The position numbers and the translations under genes are program-made. This document shows positions 60,680 to 64,000 of a DNA stretch of 64,000 nucleotides, piece by piece. This DNA is from Patellaria atrata CBS 101060 (taxonomy: Eukaryota). Positions within the stretch are counted from its first letter, which is position 1. Each line of letters opens with the position of its first letter. The stretch spans positions 197,905 through 261,904 of the forward strand of contig MU006097.1 of the NCBI GenBank assembly GCA_010093705.1, in the 5' to 3' direction. The notes under the pieces are model-generated. The model was not told the DNA's origin. It saw nothing but the letters and a program-made list of their open reading frames with translations, and did no database searches.

Positions 60680-63600
60680 CTCCTAGCATTCGGCTAAAAT
60701 ACCCGAGCGAGAATTCTTGATCCCCCTGCCAGGGTAGGACATACTTCATGGGGAATCCGACAAGGAGTAAGGTTCCATCTGATCTGTCCATTCAAATCAA
60801 ATGTCACGTGAATTCGTGCCCCATGCGTATAAAATTCCCCCCACCATTTCTACCACCTTTATCATCATTTCTTCAAACACTAATACCTCTATTATCTTCT
60901 ACCTTTATCTTCGTTATGGGCTTCAGCTGCTGCGCCTCCACCTCCTCCTCCACCTACTGGAGGCTCTCGAATTCCAACGGGCGTTCCACTTGAAGATCCG
61001 TCGTTTTGCTCTCAGTGCGGCAATCTGAAAGATGCCACCGTCGATAAGTTCAAAAACGGTCGTTAGATGGCAACCTGCTCTCGCTGTCGTCCTACTAAGT
61101 AGTTGTCAACTGTAAGTAGTTCTAGGCCCTGGGGTGTTGTGGTCAGCGGTGGGAGGGGGTTCCGGGGGTCTCCCCCGATTTTTGAAATCACTACTAATTT
61201 GATTTTTAGAAACGTAAAGCTGTTGGTCAACTAGAAGGTCAAACTCCACGCTATCTACAGCCTACCAATGCTTCGATTGGGCGTTCCGCCACTGCTACTT
61301 CTCGCTCTGTGATACCTCAGTTCTTTCCACGCGGCCAGCGTAGTCAAGATACGCTTGCTGGAGCAACTGCTCACCGTCAATAGGTACAAATATCTCGCGA
61401 GCATTGAGCCCAACGTCATCGTGGTAAAGAGCCTTCGCCAACTCCTCCGATACGACAATTGATGCCCTCAACTCCGACATGATTCTCAACCTCAACAGCG
61501 GCACCGGCAACGTCTCCATCGATAACATCGAATTAAGCCCTACAGTCTTTCGACGGCCGTCATTACCTTCTTACCGTGGCCGAGATCTTACTCGTAGAGC
61601 ATCCGTCTCTTCCACACGTTCGACATCTCGCCCTGTAAACCCAACGGCTTCGCAATACTTCATCTGCGACGATTGCAACCTAGCTCGTGGGGATAGTCGT
61701 CGAATCGCTCCGGAAGCGGAACTTTGCTATAACGATAACCGCTATACCCCTATAGCCGAGCAACACAAATATTGCGTAGTCGGTAAACATGAACTTCCGC
61801 GGCCGGAGTTTGACGAATCTCAAGTTGAACACCCAGCTTGCAACACCTGTCGTCTCGGATCGAGTAGTCAAGGCCCGTTATCTTTACCATCGTCTCAACC
61901 GGTTACTCGTGCTTGTCCACTTGCCATCAATCTTACCGCCTCTGATCTAACCTTACGGCCTGGTTCACCAACTGCTATGTCTGATCCGGCTCTTCGTGAT
62001 GCTGATTGGCAACATATCCAGGCTTTCCATACCGAGCTTGCACGAGATAGACTAGAAGAGTGTAGTCGATGCTCTGAACGTTGGTTTGATATGGGTCTCC
62101 ACGAATCTGTCTTTAGCTCTTGCCATCGTTCTGATCGTTCGAAGCAAGCTCACGAGCCCTTTCTCTTTACGAGTGACAACCACGCCGATCCTGGTGATGT
62201 TGATCCAGATCTCCCCGAGCTTACTCAAGTCGAAGAGATGTTGATAGCCCGTGTGCATACGTTTATCGAAGTTCGACAGCATAGGGGCGCTCAATATAAA
62301 TATACAGGACATATCTGCAACTCTCTATGCGATACAAACAAGGTTTACAATAAACTTTCCCTTTTGTCACAAGATTTAGATATCATTGTCCTCCGTCCGT
62401 CAAACTTTGATCAGATTCCGCGTATCCAGCGTCAATTCCGTAGAGATTACCGCGTTCGGCGGGATTTAGTAGCTAAATGGCTGGATTACTTGTGGCGAAA
62501 TCACCCTGGCTATCGTGATATCACTGTCGATGGTGAAGCCCTATCTCAACTTCCGGAAGATGGCTTTGTCGACGACCAGTTGATAGTCTAGCAACTCGAA
62601 GCTGAGGGCTCTGATACCGACAATACGGATGAAGCTGACCCCCTTCCAGAGAGCGTCGCAATTCCGGATCTGGTAGCTGAGAACAACGAGATTACCAAGC
62701 TTCATCGACAGATCCAAGGCCGTCAACCGGAACAGTTACCAGCTCTTACAATGCCTTCGTACCGCGCCACCCCAATCTCCGAATTCAATAGAAGTCAACA
62801 ACTACTTAGTATTGCTTTTCCAACCCTCTTTCCTCGCGGTGAAGCTGAATTTGTTACTCCACGTATTCGATCAATTGAATATTCGGAGTTTGTAAGGCAT
62901 CCACTACTTTGTAAAGATGGTCGTTTCGCTCGACATCCACGCTTCCGGTATGTTGTTTTCAACACTATTATGAGAAAGCAGGTGAATATTCGCGCTGACT
63001 TCTTCGTTCGGAAGCTCTCACCTCGAGATCTTACACTTGAAGATCTCCGCCGTGCTTTCCAAGATGACTCCGTTGAAGCCCAAGCTACTGTCGATTCCGT
63101 AACCCGTTATTCTGGATCGTTACGAGGAACTCGCCCATTTTGGGTGGTAAAGATCGCCAGTTAGAAGCAACTGTCCATCAACTTGGTTGCCCGAATCTAT
63201 TCATCACGCTCTCGGCGGCTGATTACCATTGGGACTCTCTAATGAAGCATATGCCTCGCTACAACGAGTGGCTCGATGGTAGCCCTGACCAGCCTATTCG
63301 GATTGCGCGAGAGCTAGTCAGAGATAACCCAATGATTGTAGCTTACTACTTCTATCGGCGCTTTGGCGCTTTTAAGAAGAACGTGTTGCAGCCAAAGTTC
63401 AACATAATTGACACCTGGGACTGGTTCGAGTGGCAAGCTCAAGGTAGTACGTATAGCCATGGCGTCTATTGGTGCGATGGACCACTAGAGCCTGAAGTTA
63501 GTGGTAATACCAGCGAGGAGGTTCGTGATGCTTTTGCGAACTTCTGGGGCATCCATATCTCTGCTATTAACCCCGAGCCCTACCGTTGGCGCTAGTAAGG

Positions 63601-64000
63601 TTCAGGTGGTATTGGAACTCGACAACGACCGTTCGATGAGCGTTCAGCACTCTCGCTCTCTACTAACGAGTTAACAAACTCCTTCGAACTCCTGTCGGAT
63701 GTCGTCAACCGGCTTCAATCTCATAACCATGATAAGGGCTATTGCTTACGGAAGAGCAGGTTGACAGGCGAATAAGAGTGCCGATTTGAATTCCCCAAGC
63801 AGCATCGAGATACCCCTACAGTTCTCCCCGAGTCTGGAAAGAGCTGGTCGAAATTCAGACCGGTCCGTAACAACGCGATGCTCAATCAGTATAACCGCCT
63901 TATTATGCTGTCGTGGCCTGCGAATACAGATATCCAGCCTTGCACTGGTAAAGAGGGTGTTGTCGAATATACGGGAAAGTACGCAGCAAAGGCTGAGAAG
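60680..64000 (+). mobile_element. Decayed Helitron-like rolling-circle transposon, 5' part; continues beyond the window; left boundary approximate
   Basis: Rep/helicase polyprotein fragments: LPELTQVEEMLIARVH (DUF6570-like), AFPTLFPRG..DGRFARHPRFRYVVFN, Rep motifs LFITLSAADYHW, EWQAQGSTYSHG (damaged HuH) and YTGKYAAK. Confidence 0.88.
60916..64000 (+). pseudogene. Disrupted Helitron RepHel gene
   Basis: In-frame stops at 61064, 61100, 61381, 61405, 62589, 63593/63596, 63773 and frameshifts near 60919 and 63143; intron 61112-61209. Confidence 0.85.

Overview
Gene-dense, intron-rich chromosome segment of a filamentous ascomycete (Pezizomycotina; Dothideomycetes is my inference). Short GT-AG introns with CTRAC/CTAAT branch sites fragment the ORF track, so gene models were reassembled by hand. 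About 22 protein genes are supported: Dsn1/Mis13 (3' part), a MEIOB-like OB-fold protein, INO1, a LIM protein, QCR8/PHB1 (divergent), a GFA/Mss4-like protein, an orphan, RPL32, palH/RIM21, MVP1, DCN1, NDUFAF6/GEP4 (divergent), an F-box protein, MKT1, a 2OG-Fe(II) dioxygenase, a TopBP1/Dpb11-like BRCT protein, an alpha-arrestin, NHA1, a HET-domain protein and a DUF2235 lipase. There is also an intron-containing tRNA-Thr(AGT), two minisatellites and a decayed Helitron-like element running off the right end. Top candidate system: the INO1 leader holds a spliced, ACG-initiated 31-codon uORF (MFSNLLNSVHHPFAGRRTSPSGGASGPKYVK) ending 46 nt before the INO1 AUG, a candidate inositol-responsive translational control element; retaining its intron would supply two in-frame AUGs. 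Second: a HET cell-death-domain protein with a mitochondrial-type presequence and one transmembrane helix, head-to-head with a Tle1-like lipase. No searches were run; family calls come from motif recognition.
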